Shown here piece after piece: positions 46,491 to 56,600 of a stretch of 64,000 bases of DNA. The position numbers and the translations under genes were made by a program. The DNA comes from Thermoanaerobaculia bacterium (GTDB lineage Bacteria > Acidobacteriota > Thermoanaerobaculia > UBA5066 > Gp7-AA6), in assembly GCA_036558325.1 (NCBI GenBank), contig DATBFU010000085.1:4763-68762 (forward strand), written 5' to 3'. Numbering within the stretch: position 1 is the first letter of the stretch; every line of letters begins with the position of its first letter. The notes under the pieces are model-generated. The model searched no databases. It saw nothing but the letters and a program-made list of their open reading frames with translations, and was not told where the DNA came from.

Positions 46491-46979
46491 ATGGTTGATC
46501 TGGTTTCGTGGGATCCGTATCGTGAGTTTCGCAATCTGGCGCGCCGCTTCGACCGCGCGTTCTCTCCCGCTCCCCGACGGGACGAGGAGATGAGCCTCGG
46601 CTCCTGGCTGCCGCCCGTCGACATCGCCGAGGACAAGGACCGCCTCACCCTGACGGCCGAGCTTCCGGGCTTCCGCCGGGATCAGATCGAGATCCAGATG
46701 GAGGGCGGCGTCCTGACCCTGCGCGGCGAGCGCCGGTTCGAGGACGTGAGCAACGGCAAGAACTTCCACCGGGTCGAGCGTTCCTATGGACAGTTCGTCC
46801 GCTCCTTCACGCTGCCCAACAACGTGGACCGCGAGCGCATCCAGGCGAGCTTCTCCGACGGGCTGCTCGAGATCTCGATGCCGAAGCGCGAGGACGCGAA
46901 GGCCCGGCAGATCAAGATCTCGGCCAGCGCCGAGGGCAAGGCCGACGAGAAGAAGACGGTGGACGTCAAGTCCCGCTGA
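46491..46979 (+). CDS. Hsp20/alpha-crystallin small heat-shock protein
   Basis: The 162-aa protein has an alpha-crystallin domain (PPVDIAEDKDRLTLTAELPGF..LTLRGER..ERSYGQFVRSFTLP..DGLLEISMPK). GGAGG lies upstream of the ATG. Confidence 0.9.
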   Translation: MVDLVSWDPYREFRNLARRFDRAFSPAPRRDEEMSLGSWLPPVDIAEDKDRLTLTAELPGFRRDQIEIQMEGGVLTLRGERRFEDVSNGKNFHRVERSYGQFVRSFTLPNNVDRERIQASFSDGLLEISMPKREDAKARQIKISASAEGKADEKKTVDVKSR

Positions 46980-47001
46980 CCCTTCCCGTTCGACTTTCGA
47001 G

Positions 47002-47029
47002 GCCCCGCCTGGCGCGGGGCTTCTTTTTT
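47002..47029 (+). terminator. Rho-independent terminator after hsp20
   Basis: GCCCCGC-CTGGC-GCGGGGC forms a 7-bp GC stem, followed by TTCTTTTTT. Confidence 0.7.
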
Positions 47030-47063
47030 ACAGGGCTCCGTTTGTCATAAGGTTTCACGTCGC

Positions 47064-48341
47064 GTGAGAAAGGCCGCCGCTCTCCTCGTTCTCGCCGCGG
47101 TGCCCGCGGCGGCGGCGCCGCTGCCCTCCCGGCGCAGCGACGTCGTGGAGGTCGTCGAGAAAGTCGCCCCCGCCGTCGTGAACATCGCGGCGCAGCAGAC
47201 CGTCCGCCGCCAGCGCTCGCTTTTCGACGAGTTCTTCTTCGGGCAGGATTCGCGGCCCGCCAAGTCCCTCGGCTCGGGCGTCATCATCGACCCCAAGGGC
47301 ATCATCCTGACGAACGACCACGTGATCTCGGGCGCCTCGAAGATCATCGCGACGACGAAAGACGGCAAGGAGCTCGACTGCGACGTCGTCGGGTCCGACG
47401 CCGACAACGACCTCGCGGTTCTGAAGGCCCGCGGCGCGGTCTCGAACCTTCCGACGATCAAGATCGGCTCGTCCTCGGATCTGTTGATCGGCGAGACGGT
47501 GGTCGCGATCGGCAATCCTTTCGGCCTGTCCAACACCGTGACGGCGGGCGTGCTGTCGGCGCTCGGCCGGAGCGTGCCCGGCGAGAATCAGCACGTCTAC
47601 AGCGACTTCCTGCAGATCGACGCGCCGATCAATCCGGGCAACTCGGGAGGGCCGGTCGTCAACATCCAGGGCGACATGATCGGCGTGGCGACCGCGATCA
47701 TCGGGGGCGCCCAGGGCATCGGCTTCGCGATTCCGGCGGACCGGGCGCGCCGCATCGTGGACGACCTGCTCCGCTTCGGCAAGGTCCAGGCGGTCTGGAT
47801 CGGGATCCACGGACGCACGATCTCGGGCCGCGACGACGAGCGTCCGCGCGGCTACCGGGTCCGGAGCGTCGAGCCCGGCTCCCCCGCCGAGCGCGCCGGC
47901 GTCAAGGCCGGAGATCAGATCGTCTCGATCGACGAGAAGCCCATCGACTCCGAGGAGGCGTTCGAGACGGCGCTCTCGACGCGCGGTCCCGGCAAGCCGA
48001 TGAAGGTCGTGCTCAAGAGCGCCGCCGGCCAGCAGCGCACGGTGACCGTCTCCGGCCAGGCGCCGCCGGCCGACTTCGGCGTCCGGCTGCTGCGCGAGTC
48101 GATCGGTCTGACGCTGCGCGAGACGCGCGACGGGCTGCGGCTCGCCGCGGTCGAATCGGGCGGCGCCGCGGCGCGCGCCGGCCTCGAGCGAGGCGACGCG
48201 CTCGTCGCGTTGAACGGCGAACAGGTCAATTCGATCGACGACGTCAACAAGATCCTCGCCCGCGACCACAGCCGCACGACCCTCTGGATGCTCGTCGGCC
48301 GCGGCGCGTGGCAATACACGTTGACGTTCCCGTTGAATTGA
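47064..48341 (+). CDS. Periplasmic serine endoprotease, DegP/HtrA family (trypsin-like domain plus two PDZ-like domains)
   Basis: It has a signal peptide and the catalytic triad contexts TNDHVI, DNDLAVLK and GNSGGPVVN. PDZ-like segments carry GS.AE.AG.K.GD. The start is GTG. Confidence 0.9.
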   Translation: MRKAAALLVLAAVPAAAAPLPSRRSDVVEVVEKVAPAVVNIAAQQTVRRQRSLFDEFFFGQDSRPAKSLGSGVIIDPKGIILTNDHVISGASKIIATTKDGKELDCDVVGSDADNDLAVLKARGAVSNLPTIKIGSSSDLLIGETVVAIGNPFGLSNTVTAGVLSALGRSVPGENQHVYSDFLQIDAPINPGNSGGPVVNIQGDMIGVATAIIGGAQGIGFAIPADRARRIVDDLLRFGKVQAVWIGIHGRTISGRDDERPRGYRVRSVEPGSPAERAGVKAGDQIVSIDEKPIDSEEAFETALSTRGPGKPMKVVLKSAAGQQRTVTVSGQAPPADFGVRLLRESIGLTLRETRDGLRLAAVESGGAAARAGLERGDALVALNGEQVNSIDDVNKILARDHSRTTLWMLVGRGAWQYTLTFPLN

Positions 48342-48357
48342 AGACCATCGGGCTGTC

Positions 48358-48379
48358 GTCCCGAGCGATAGCGAGGGAC
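48358..48379. repeat. REP-like imperfect hairpin between convergent htrA and pirin genes
   Basis: GTCCCGAGCGATAGCGAGGGAC pairs GTCCC..GC with GC..GGGAC and has two internal mismatches. It resembles the CCCGAGCGAAGCGAGGGA-type palindromic elements common in GC-rich soil bacteria. I saw only one copy in this window. Confidence 0.3.
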
Positions 48380-48477
48380 CCCGAGCTCGGCAGGCTTCCA
48401 GCCGGACGGCATCGTCGGCGACAAAGCCCGGGATGACCGTGGAATAGGGAACCTCGCCCAACCCACCGTTCGACGGA

Positions 48478-49368
48478 TCAACTCTTGATGAACGTCCCCT
48501 CGGAAAGCTCCGCCCACGCCTTGCGGAGCTCCGCCGGCGTGTTCATGACGATCGGCCCCTGCCACGCGACCGGCTCCTCGAGCGGCCGGCCCGAGACGAG
48601 CAGGAAGCGGATTCCTTCGTCGCCCGCCCGAACGGACACCTCGTCGCCCCGGTCGAAGAGGACGAGCGAGCGATTTCCGACCGCGTCCGCGACGACGCCC
48701 TCGAGCTCGTTGCGCACCGCCTGGGGCGCCGACGCGTCCCGGAAGGACCCGGAGCCTCCGTACACGTAGGCAAACGCGTGATGCGCGCGGTCCACGGGAA
48801 TCCGCTTGCTGCGGCCCGCCGGCACCGAGATGTCGAGGTAGCGCGGGTCCGCCGCGACGCCTTCGACCGGTCCGCGCTTGCCCCAGATCTCGCCGCAGAT
48901 CACCCGCGCGGTCGTTCCGTCGTCGTCGACCGCCTCGGGGATGTCCGCCGCGGCGATGTCCTGATAGCGCGGTTTCGTCATCTTGAGCGCGGAGGGCAGG
49001 TTGGCCCAGAGCTGGAATCCGTGCATGCGGCCGCGCGGGTCTCCCTGCGGCATCTCCTGATGCAGGATGCCGCTGCCGGCGGTCATCCATTGGACGTCGC
49101 CGGCTCCGAGCTTTCCCTTGTTGCCGAGGCTGTCGCCGTGCACGACCGTGCCGTTCAGGACGTACGTGATCGTCTCGATCCCGCGGTGCGGATGCCAGGG
49201 AAAGCCGGCGAGATAGTCGGCCGGGTTGTCGTTGCGAAAGTCGTCGAGGAGCAGGAACGGGTCGAACTCCTCGGTGTTTCCGAATCCGAAGGCGCGCCGC
49301 AGCTTGACGCCGGCGCCCTCGAGCGCGGGCGTCGAAGTTCGGACGCTCTTGACGGGTCTCAGGGACAT
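48478..49368 (-). CDS. Pirin-family protein (bicupin)
   Basis: The start is reset to the ATG at 49368 (MSLRPVKSV..). The cupin metal motif FPWHPHRGIETITYVL..G and the block WMTAGSGILHQEMP are present. The protein is 296 aa. Confidence 0.9.
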   Translation of the reverse strand: MSLRPVKSVRTSTPALEGAGVKLRRAFGFGNTEEFDPFLLLDDFRNDNPADYLAGFPWHPHRGIETITYVLNGTVVHGDSLGNKGKLGAGDVQWMTAGSGILHQEMPQGDPRGRMHGFQLWANLPSALKMTKPRYQDIAAADIPEAVDDDGTTARVICGEIWGKRGPVEGVAADPRYLDISVPAGRSKRIPVDRAHHAFAYVYGGSGSFRDASAPQAVRNELEGVVADAVGNRSLVLFDRGDEVSVRAGDEGIRFLLVSGRPLEEPVAWQGPIVMNTPAELRKAWAELSEGTFIKS

Positions 49369-49405
49369 GGGTCGATCTCCTCCGACCGGAATACGCCTTT
49401 TCCGG

Positions 49406-50362
49406 TCAATGCGATTCCGTTGCCCCCGCCGCTCCGCGCGCCCGCCGCGAGCGCAGCCGCAGCTCCGACACGACGATTCCGGCGAGCACGAGCGCCGCGC
49501 CGGCCACGCGCCGACGGCCGGGACGCTCGCCGAGGAACCACGCCGCGAGAAGCGAGGCCACGACCGGCTCGAGCGCCAGGATGATCGCGGCATGGATCGC
49601 GGACATCCGTCCCTGCGCCCACGTCGCGCCGAGAAACGCCAGGAACGTGCAGAAGAAGCCGAGGTAGAGCACGCTCCCCGGGAAGGCGCCATGCCAGTCG
49701 ACCGGACGCGATTCCAGCGCTCCGGCGACGGTGCCGGCGAAGAGCGGCGAACGCGCGAGGAGCGACAGCCCTCCGGTCCCGAGCGCGACGATCGAGAGCT
49801 GCGCGGCGGTCAGCCGGAGCGCGTCGTGGCGAGAAGAACGCTCCGCGAGCTCGACCATGTAGGCCGCGAAGACCACGGCGCTCGCCGCGAGGAGCAGGTC
49901 GCCCCGCTGGAACGAAGCGCCGCGCCCCGGATAGGTCAGCAACAGGAAGCCGACCGACGCGAGCGTGATGCCGACGCCGTTCTCGAGCGTCGGCAGCCGG
50001 CCCGTGCGGAACACCGCGATGAAAGGCGTCAGCACGACGGCGAGGCCCGTCAGGAAGCCCGCGTTCGTCGCCGTCGTGCCGGCCTGCCCGGAAACCTGGA
50101 GCGCCATCTCGAGAGCGAGGAGCGATCCGAGGATCCACCCGTCCCGCCAGAACCCGGCGGATCGCATCCTCTTCCGCAGCAGCGGCGCCAGGAGGGCGGC
50201 GCCGAGCGCGAACCGGCAGAAGATGAGGAGAAACGGGGGCGCGGTGTCGAGCGCGTGCCGCACGACCACGAAAGAGGAGCCCCAGACGACGGTGACGGCG
50301 AGGAGCACCGCGTCCGCGCGCAGTTTTCCCCGGGCGGGACGTTCCTCCTCGTTCGGTGCCAT
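49406..50362 (-). CDS. EamA/DMT-superfamily transporter
   Basis: The 318-aa protein has about 10 TM segments in two EamA-like halves (LLAVTVVWGSSFVVVRHAL..). Confidence 0.85.
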   Translation of the reverse strand: MAPNEEERPARGKLRADAVLLAVTVVWGSSFVVVRHALDTAPPFLLIFCRFALGAALLAPLLRKRMRSAGFWRDGWILGSLLALEMALQVSGQAGTTATNAGFLTGLAVVLTPFIAVFRTGRLPTLENGVGITLASVGFLLLTYPGRGASFQRGDLLLAASAVVFAAYMVELAERSSRHDALRLTAAQLSIVALGTGGLSLLARSPLFAGTVAGALESRPVDWHGAFPGSVLYLGFFCTFLAFLGATWAQGRMSAIHAAIILALEPVVASLLAAWFLGERPGRRRVAGAALVLAGIVVSELRLRSRRARGAAGATESH

Positions 50363-50483
50363 CGTGCGGGTGCTCTTCGGCGCAGGCTAGCAGGTCGACG
50401 AAAAGGAATCGGCCTCGAATCGTCCGCCTCGATCCGGGCCGCGACTCGCGGCCGCCGTTCGCGCGGCGAACGCCCCGGCCGCC

Positions 50484-51950
50484 TTGTTAACATCGCCCCC
50501 CTTGACCGAAACCCGGCCCGTTCCCCGCGTCCGATTCGCGCCGTCCCCGACGGGATCGCTGCACGTGGGGAGCGTCCGCACGGCGCTCGACAACCTGCTC
50601 TTCGCGCGGCGCGAGAAAGGCGTGTTCATCCTCCGCATCGAGGACACCGACGTCGAGCGGTCGAAGGCGGAGCTCTCGGATCAGATCCTCTCGTCGATGA
50701 AGTGGATGGGCCTCGATTACGACGAGGGGCCCTTCTACCAGTCGCGCCGCTACGACCTGTACCGCGCGGCGGCCGAAAAGCTTCTCGCCGAGGGCAACGC
50801 CTATCGCGCGTTCGAGACGCCGGAGGAGCTCGATCGGGATCGCAAGGCAGCCGAAGCGCAGGGCCGCGCCTATCGCTACTCCGGCGCCGGTCGCGCCATC
50901 CCGCCGGATGAGAGCGACCGCCGCGCGCGCGCCGGCGAGCGGCACGTCGTCCGCCTCAAGATGCCGGCCGAGACGATTGTCGTGCAGGATCTGATCCGCG
51001 GCCCGGTCGAATTTCCGGCCGACGCGCTCGACGACTTCGTGCTCGTGCGCTCGGACGGGCATCCGCTCTACCACTTCAGCGTCTGCGTGGACGACGCCGA
51101 GATGAAGATCACGCACGTGATCCGGGGCGACGACCACCTGGCGAACACGCCCAAGCACGTGGCGCTCTTCCGCGCGCTCGGCGCTCCGATCCCGCAGTTC
51201 GCGCACCTCGGAATGATCCTCGGAACGGACCGCAAGAAGCTCTCGAAGCGGCACGGCGCGGCCTCCGTCGAGGAGTGGCGCGACGCGGGCGTGTTGCCGG
51301 AGGCGCTCTTCAACTATCTCGCGCTGCTCGGATGGGCGCCGGGGAAAGACCGGGAAATCATGTCCCGCGAGGAGATGGAGAAGGAATTCTCGCTCGACCG
51401 CGTCGGCGCCTCGCCGTCGGTCTTCGATCCGGAGAAGCTTCTCTGGATGAACGCCCAGTACATCGCGCGGATGCCGGGCGAGGAGCTGCTCGCGCGCGCG
51501 TCGGCGTCGAGCGCGACGGCGTCCCCTCCGCAGGAGATGCCGCCGCGGGACGTGGCGCTGCCCGCGATCGAGCTCCACCGGCCGCGGGTCCGCACGACGA
51601 TCGAGCTCGCGCGGGCGCTCTCCGCCTACGCGCGGGACCCGGGGCAGTACGACGCGGATGGCCTGCGCAAGCAGGTCCGGCCCGAGACGCCGGCTCAGCT
51701 CGAGAAGCTCGTTGAGCGCTACGCCTCGCAGACCGACTGGTCCGCCGGCGCGCTCGAGGCGGCGCTCCGCGAAACGGCCGAGTCGCTCGGCGTCGCGGCC
51801 GGCAAGCTCATCCACCCGGTGCGGCTCGCCCTGACCGGCGTCACCGTCGGCGCGCCGCTCTTCGACGTGCTGGCGCTGCTCGGTAAGGAGACGTCGCTGC
51901 GGAGGCTGCGGAGATTTCTCGAGACGATTGCCCGGGAGGTCAGGACTTGA
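50484..51950 (+). CDS. gltX: Glutamate--tRNA ligase
   Basis: It has RFAPSPTGSLHVGSVRTAL (HIGH-type) and KLSKRHG (KMSKS-type). The start is uncertain: TTG at 50484 or TTG at 50502. Confidence 0.95.
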   Translation: MLTSPPLTETRPVPRVRFAPSPTGSLHVGSVRTALDNLLFARREKGVFILRIEDTDVERSKAELSDQILSSMKWMGLDYDEGPFYQSRRYDLYRAAAEKLLAEGNAYRAFETPEELDRDRKAAEAQGRAYRYSGAGRAIPPDESDRRARAGERHVVRLKMPAETIVVQDLIRGPVEFPADALDDFVLVRSDGHPLYHFSVCVDDAEMKITHVIRGDDHLANTPKHVALFRALGAPIPQFAHLGMILGTDRKKLSKRHGAASVEEWRDAGVLPEALFNYLALLGWAPGKDREIMSREEMEKEFSLDRVGASPSVFDPEKLLWMNAQYIARMPGEELLARASASSATASPPQEMPPRDVALPAIELHRPRVRTTIELARALSAYARDPGQYDADGLRKQVRPETPAQLEKLVERYASQTDWSAGALEAALRETAESLGVAAGKLIHPVRLALTGVTVGAPLFDVLALLGKETSLRRLRRFLETIAREVRT

Positions 51951-52278
51951 GCTTGTAGTCCTCGCGGAGCCGGTGGAGCTGCTTGAGCGTCTCGCGCAGC
52001 ACCGTCGTCACGCGACTGACCTCGCGCCCGTAGTACTTGAGCTCGGCGTCGCAGTCCGTCAGACCGTAGACCGCCTCGTCCTTCTCGAGCCGGTCCTTCT
52101 CATAGGACAGACGCTCGATCAATTCGTCGAGCTCCGTCCGCAGGACGAACGCGATGTCCCGCACGCCGAGGAACCGGCTGCACTGCGGACAGTGGACCTG
52201 CTCGCTCCCCGTCTCGGGAATGCCGTCGATGACGAACTGCCGCTCGCAGCGCGGGCACTCGAAGACTTCCGGAATCAT
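51940..52278 (-). CDS. Small zinc-ribbon plus coiled-coil protein, unknown function
   Basis: The 112-aa protein has CPRC..(19 aa)..CPQC at the N-terminus, then a heptad-like charged C-terminal half. Third-position GC is high, consistent with real coding. Its 3' end overlaps the gltX 3' end by 11 nt (convergent). Confidence 0.6.
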   Translation of the reverse strand: MIPEVFECPRCERQFVIDGIPETGSEQVHCPQCSRFLGVRDIAFVLRTELDELIERLSYEKDRLEKDEAVYGLTDCDAELKYYGREVSRVTTVLRETLKQLHRLREDYKLKS

Positions 52279-52429
52279 GCCTCGAAGATGCTAGCAGGTC
52301 GGCGCCGGCGCGACTGCTGGCCTCGGGGACGGGATGCCCTTTGGTCCAAGGCGCCGACGCGCGAACCGCACGATAGAATCCCCCCGTTTCAATCGACTTC
52401 GCTCTCGGAAGGGCAACCGGGAGGTGGGC

Positions 52430-53605
52430 ATGGCAGGACCGGCGTCGAGGCGTTTTCTTCTCGCGGCCGCGGCCGCCGCCGCAATGACCGCGGCGTGCGG
52501 CAAGAAGGCGGAGGCGCCGCCGCCTCCCCCGCCCACGGTCGAGGTCGCTCCCGTCACGCAGAAAGACGTTCCCGTCTATTCGGAGTGGATCGGCTCGCTC
52601 GACGGCTTCGTCAACGCCGAGATCCGGCCGCAGATCGAGGGTTACCTGCTGCGTCAGGTCTACAAGGAAGGCTCGCTGGTCGACCCGGGCGAGACGCTCT
52701 TCGAGATCGACCCGAGGGAGTTCCAGTCGGCCTACGACCAGGCGAAGGGCAGCGTCTCCCAGTACGAGGCGACGCTCGCCAATGCGAAAACGACCGTCAA
52801 GCGGTACACGCCGCTCGCCGCACAGAAGGCGATCAGCCAGCAGGAGCTCGATGACGCCGTCACCAAGGAGCGCACGGCGCAGGCCAATCTCGATTCCGCG
52901 CAGGCCGCGCTCGAGCGCGCGCGCCTGAATCTCGGCTGGACCAAGATCACTTCTCCGATCAAGGGCATCGCGGGCGTCGCGAAGTCGCAGGTCGGAGACC
53001 TCGTCAACCGCCTGACGGTCATGACGACGGTGTCGCAGGTCGATCCCATCAAGGTCTTCTTCAACCCGAGCGAGCAGGAGTACCTGGCGTGGGTCGCCAA
53101 GAACGGCCCCGTCGAGAAGTCGATTCGGTCGGCGAACCTCGAGGAGGGCCGGCTGGAGCTGATCCTTTCGGACGGATCGACGTACCCGCACCACGGCCGC
53201 CCCTTCCTCGTCGGGCGCGAGGTGGACGTCAAGACGGGCACGATCCAGCTCGCCGGCGTCTTCCCGAACCCCGGCAACATCCTGCGGCCGGGCCAGTACG
53301 CGAAAGTCCGCGTCGCGACCGATCTCAAGAAGAACGCGATCCTGGTACCGCAGCGCGCCGTCTCGGAGCTGCAGGGCAGCTATCAGGTCGCGGTCGTCGG
53401 ATCCGACAACAAGGCCACGATCAAGGTCGTCAAGACGGGTCCCGTCGTGGGGAACCTCTGGGTCATCGAGGAGGGCCTGAAGCCGGGCGACCGCGTCGTC
53501 GTCGAGGGAATTCAACGCGTCCGGTCGGGCATGACGGTCGTTCCGAAGGAAGCTTCCGCGGCGCCCGACGCCGCGGAGGCGCCGGCCGCGAAGCCGGGAT
53601 CGTAG
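52430..53605 (+). CDS. RND efflux periplasmic adaptor (AcrA/MexA-type lipoprotein)
   Basis: The start is reset to the ATG at 52430, preceded by GGGAGGTGGG. It has a lipobox (AAMTAAC). The blocks IRPQIEGYL..V.KEG..V..G..LFEIDPR.F and a coiled-coil hairpin are present. Confidence 0.9.
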   Translation: MAGPASRRFLLAAAAAAAMTAACGKKAEAPPPPPPTVEVAPVTQKDVPVYSEWIGSLDGFVNAEIRPQIEGYLLRQVYKEGSLVDPGETLFEIDPREFQSAYDQAKGSVSQYEATLANAKTTVKRYTPLAAQKAISQQELDDAVTKERTAQANLDSAQAALERARLNLGWTKITSPIKGIAGVAKSQVGDLVNRLTVMTTVSQVDPIKVFFNPSEQEYLAWVAKNGPVEKSIRSANLEEGRLELILSDGSTYPHHGRPFLVGREVDVKTGTIQLAGVFPNPGNILRPGQYAKVRVATDLKKNAILVPQRAVSELQGSYQVAVVGSDNKATIKVVKTGPVVGNLWVIEEGLKPGDRVVVEGIQRVRSGMTVVPKEASAAPDAAEAPAAKPGS

Positions 53606-53609
53606 GCCC

Positions 53610-56600
53610 GTGGGCGCCCTTTTCGTCCGCCGGCCCATCGTCGCGATCGTCATCGCGATCCTCATGACGATCGCCGGCGCGGTCGCGCTCTCCAAATTGC
53701 CGACCGCTCAGTATCCGGACATCGTCCCGCCGCAGATCAAGGTCACGACGACCTACACCGGCGCGGACGCGATCACGATCGAGCAGTCGGTCGCGACCCC
53801 GCTCGAGCAGCAGATGAACGGCGTGGACAACATGCTCTACATGCAGTCCACGAACGCCAACGACGGCACGATGACGGAGAACGTCACGTTCGACGTCGAG
53901 ACCGACATCAACATCGACCAGGTCAACACGCAGAATCGCGTGTCGCAGGCGCAGCCCAATCTGCCCGCCGACGTCAACCAGTTCGGTCTGACGGTCAAGA
54001 AGTCCACGTCGAACCCTCTGATCATGGTCGCGCTCTACTCGCCGAAGGGGACGTACGACGCGTTGTTCCTCGGCAACTACGCGACGATCAACGTCAACGA
54101 CGCCCTGTACCGGGTGCCCGGCGTCGGGCAGATCCAGAACTACGGCACGGCCGACTATGCGATGCGCATCTGGGTCAAGCCGGAGCGGCTCGCGAGCCTC
54201 GGGCTCACGGTGCCCGACCTGCTGAACGCGGTAAAGCAGCAGAGCACCGTCAACCCGTCGGGCGGCATCGGCACCGAACCGGCTCCGAAGGGCCAGGAGT
54301 TCACGTACACCGTCCGCTCCCAGGGCCGGCTCATCAGCCCGGACGAGTTCGGCAACGTCGTGGTGCGGCTGAACCCCGACGGTTCCGTCGTACGGCTGAA
54401 GGACGTCAGCCGGATCGAGCTCGGCGCGCTGAACTACCAGCAGCGCGCGCGGCTGAACGGCAAGCCCTCGTGCCCCATCGGCATCTTCCAGGTCCCCGGC
54501 TCGAACGCCATCGCGGTCGCCGAAGGAATCAAGAAGACGATGGTCGAGCTCAAGGAGCGCTTCCCCGACGACCTCGACTACGTCGTCGCCCTCGACACGA
54601 CGCTCCCCGTCACCGAAGGCATCAAGGAGATCGAGCACACGCTCTTCGAGGCGATCGTTCTCGTCATCATCGTCGTGTTCCTGTTCCTCCAGGGCTGGCG
54701 CGCGACGCTCATTCCGCTGCTGGCCGTCCCCGTGTCGCTCGTCGGCACGTTCATCCTCTTCCCGGCGCTCGGATTCTCGATCAACACGCTGTCGCTCTTC
54801 GGACTCGTGCTCGCCATCGGCCTCGTCGTGGACGACGCGATCGTCGTCGTCGAAGCGGTGGAGCACCACATCGAGCACGGGCTGTCCCCGAGGGAAGCGA
54901 CCTTGAAGGCGATGGAGGAGGTCACCCAGCCGGTCATCGGCATCGCGCTCGTTCTCTCCGCCGTGTTCATCCCGATCGCCTTCATGGGCGGCATCCAGGG
55001 CCGGATGAGCATGCAGTTCGCGATCACGATCGCGGTGTCGGTCCTGATCTCGGCCTTCAACGCGCTGTCGCTCTCGCCGGCGCTCTGCTCCCTGATCCTC
55101 CGGCCGAAGAAGCAATCGAAGGGACCCCTCGGAAAGTTCTTCGGCTGGTTCAATCGGGTGTTCGACCGCGTCACCAAGGGCTATGTGAACCTGTCCGACC
55201 ACCTGATTCGGAAGATGGTCGTCTCGCTCGCGATCCTGGCGGGCTTCATCGTCCTGACGGGAGTCCTCGGCAAGAAGCTTCCGTCCGGCTTCCTGCCGAA
55301 CGAGGACCAGGGCTACTTCTTCCTGAACGTGCAGCTGCCCGACGCCTCGTCGCTCCAGAGGACGGACGCCGTTTGCCAGAAGATCGAGAAGATCCTCGGC
55401 GAGACGAAGGGCGTCAAGTACGTCACGACGATCGCGGGATTCAGCCTTCTGTCGGGCGCCTCCGCGCCCTATACGGCCTTCTACTTCGTCGCGCTCGACC
55501 CGTGGGACGAGCGCAAGGGCGACGACATGCTGGCGAGCGCCATCGTTCGACGCCTGAACGGGGTCTTCCGCTCGACGATCCTCGAGGCGAACGTGGTCGG
55601 CTTCGAGCCGCCGGTCATCCAGGGCCTCGGCACCGGCGGAGGCTTCTCCCTCTGGCTCCAGGACCGCAGCGGCGGGAGCGTGGAGTTCCTGAACCAGAGC
55701 CTCCAGAAATTCCTCGAGGCCGCGCGCAAGCGCCCCGAGCTCGCGAACGTCAACAGCGTCTGGCGCGCCTCGGTGCCGCAGATCTACGCGGACATCAACC
55801 GCGACAAGGTCCTGAAGCAGGGAGTCGCCGTGGGCGACGTCTACCAGTCGCTGCAGGCCTTTCTCGGCGGCATCTACGTCAACCAGTTCAACCGCTTCGG
55901 GCGTCAGTGGAAGGTCTTCCTGCAGGCCGAGGCGACCGGCCGCGTGAAGCCCGAGGACATCAACCAGTTCTACGTGAAGAACAACGACGGCAGGATGGTG
56001 CCGCTCTCCTCCGTCGTCACGACGCGCGCCGCCGCCGGGCCCGAGTTCACGAACCGATTCAACCTTTTCCGCGCCGCGCAGGTCACCGGCATCCCGGCGC
56101 CGGGCTACAGCTCCGGACAGGCCACCGCCGCGCTGCAGGAAGTCTTCCGCGAGACGATGCCCCGCGAGATGGGCTACGACTGGGCCGACATGTCGTACCA
56201 GGAGGTCAAAGCGGCGGGCGCCGGCGGCAAGGTCTTCGTCATGTCGCTCGTCTTCGTTTTCCTGATCCTCGCCGCGCTGTACGAGAGCTGGTCGCTGCCT
56301 TTCGGCGTCCTGCTCTCGGTTCCCATCGCCGTCTTCGGCGCGTTTCTGGGTCTTCTCTTGCGGAAATTCAATCTCGACGTCTACGGCCAGATCGGTCTCG
56401 TCATGTTGATCGGCCTCGCGGCCAAGAACGCGATCCTGATCGTCGAGTTCGCCGTGCTCCAGCAGAAGGAGAAGGGCATGGGCCTCGTCGAGGCGGCCCT
56501 CGAGGGCGCGAAGCTGCGCCTGCGCCCGATCCTCATGACCTCTTTCGCCTTCATCCTCGGCTGCGTGCCCCTCTGGACGGCGGCCGGATCGGGCGCCGAA

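Noticed and set aside
50386-52301. A shared 12-mer, gctagcaggtcg, found just upstream of two minus-strand starts (50386-50397 before the EamA gene, 52290-52301 before the Zn-ribbon gene). On the coding strand it reads CGACCTGCTAGC, with a TGnTAGC.T extended -10-like core.
   Set aside because: In 64 kb of compositionally biased sequence, chance 12-mer repeats are expected in large numbers. The distances to the two start codons also differ (about 24 nt versus 11 nt). This is not enough for a regulatory motif call.
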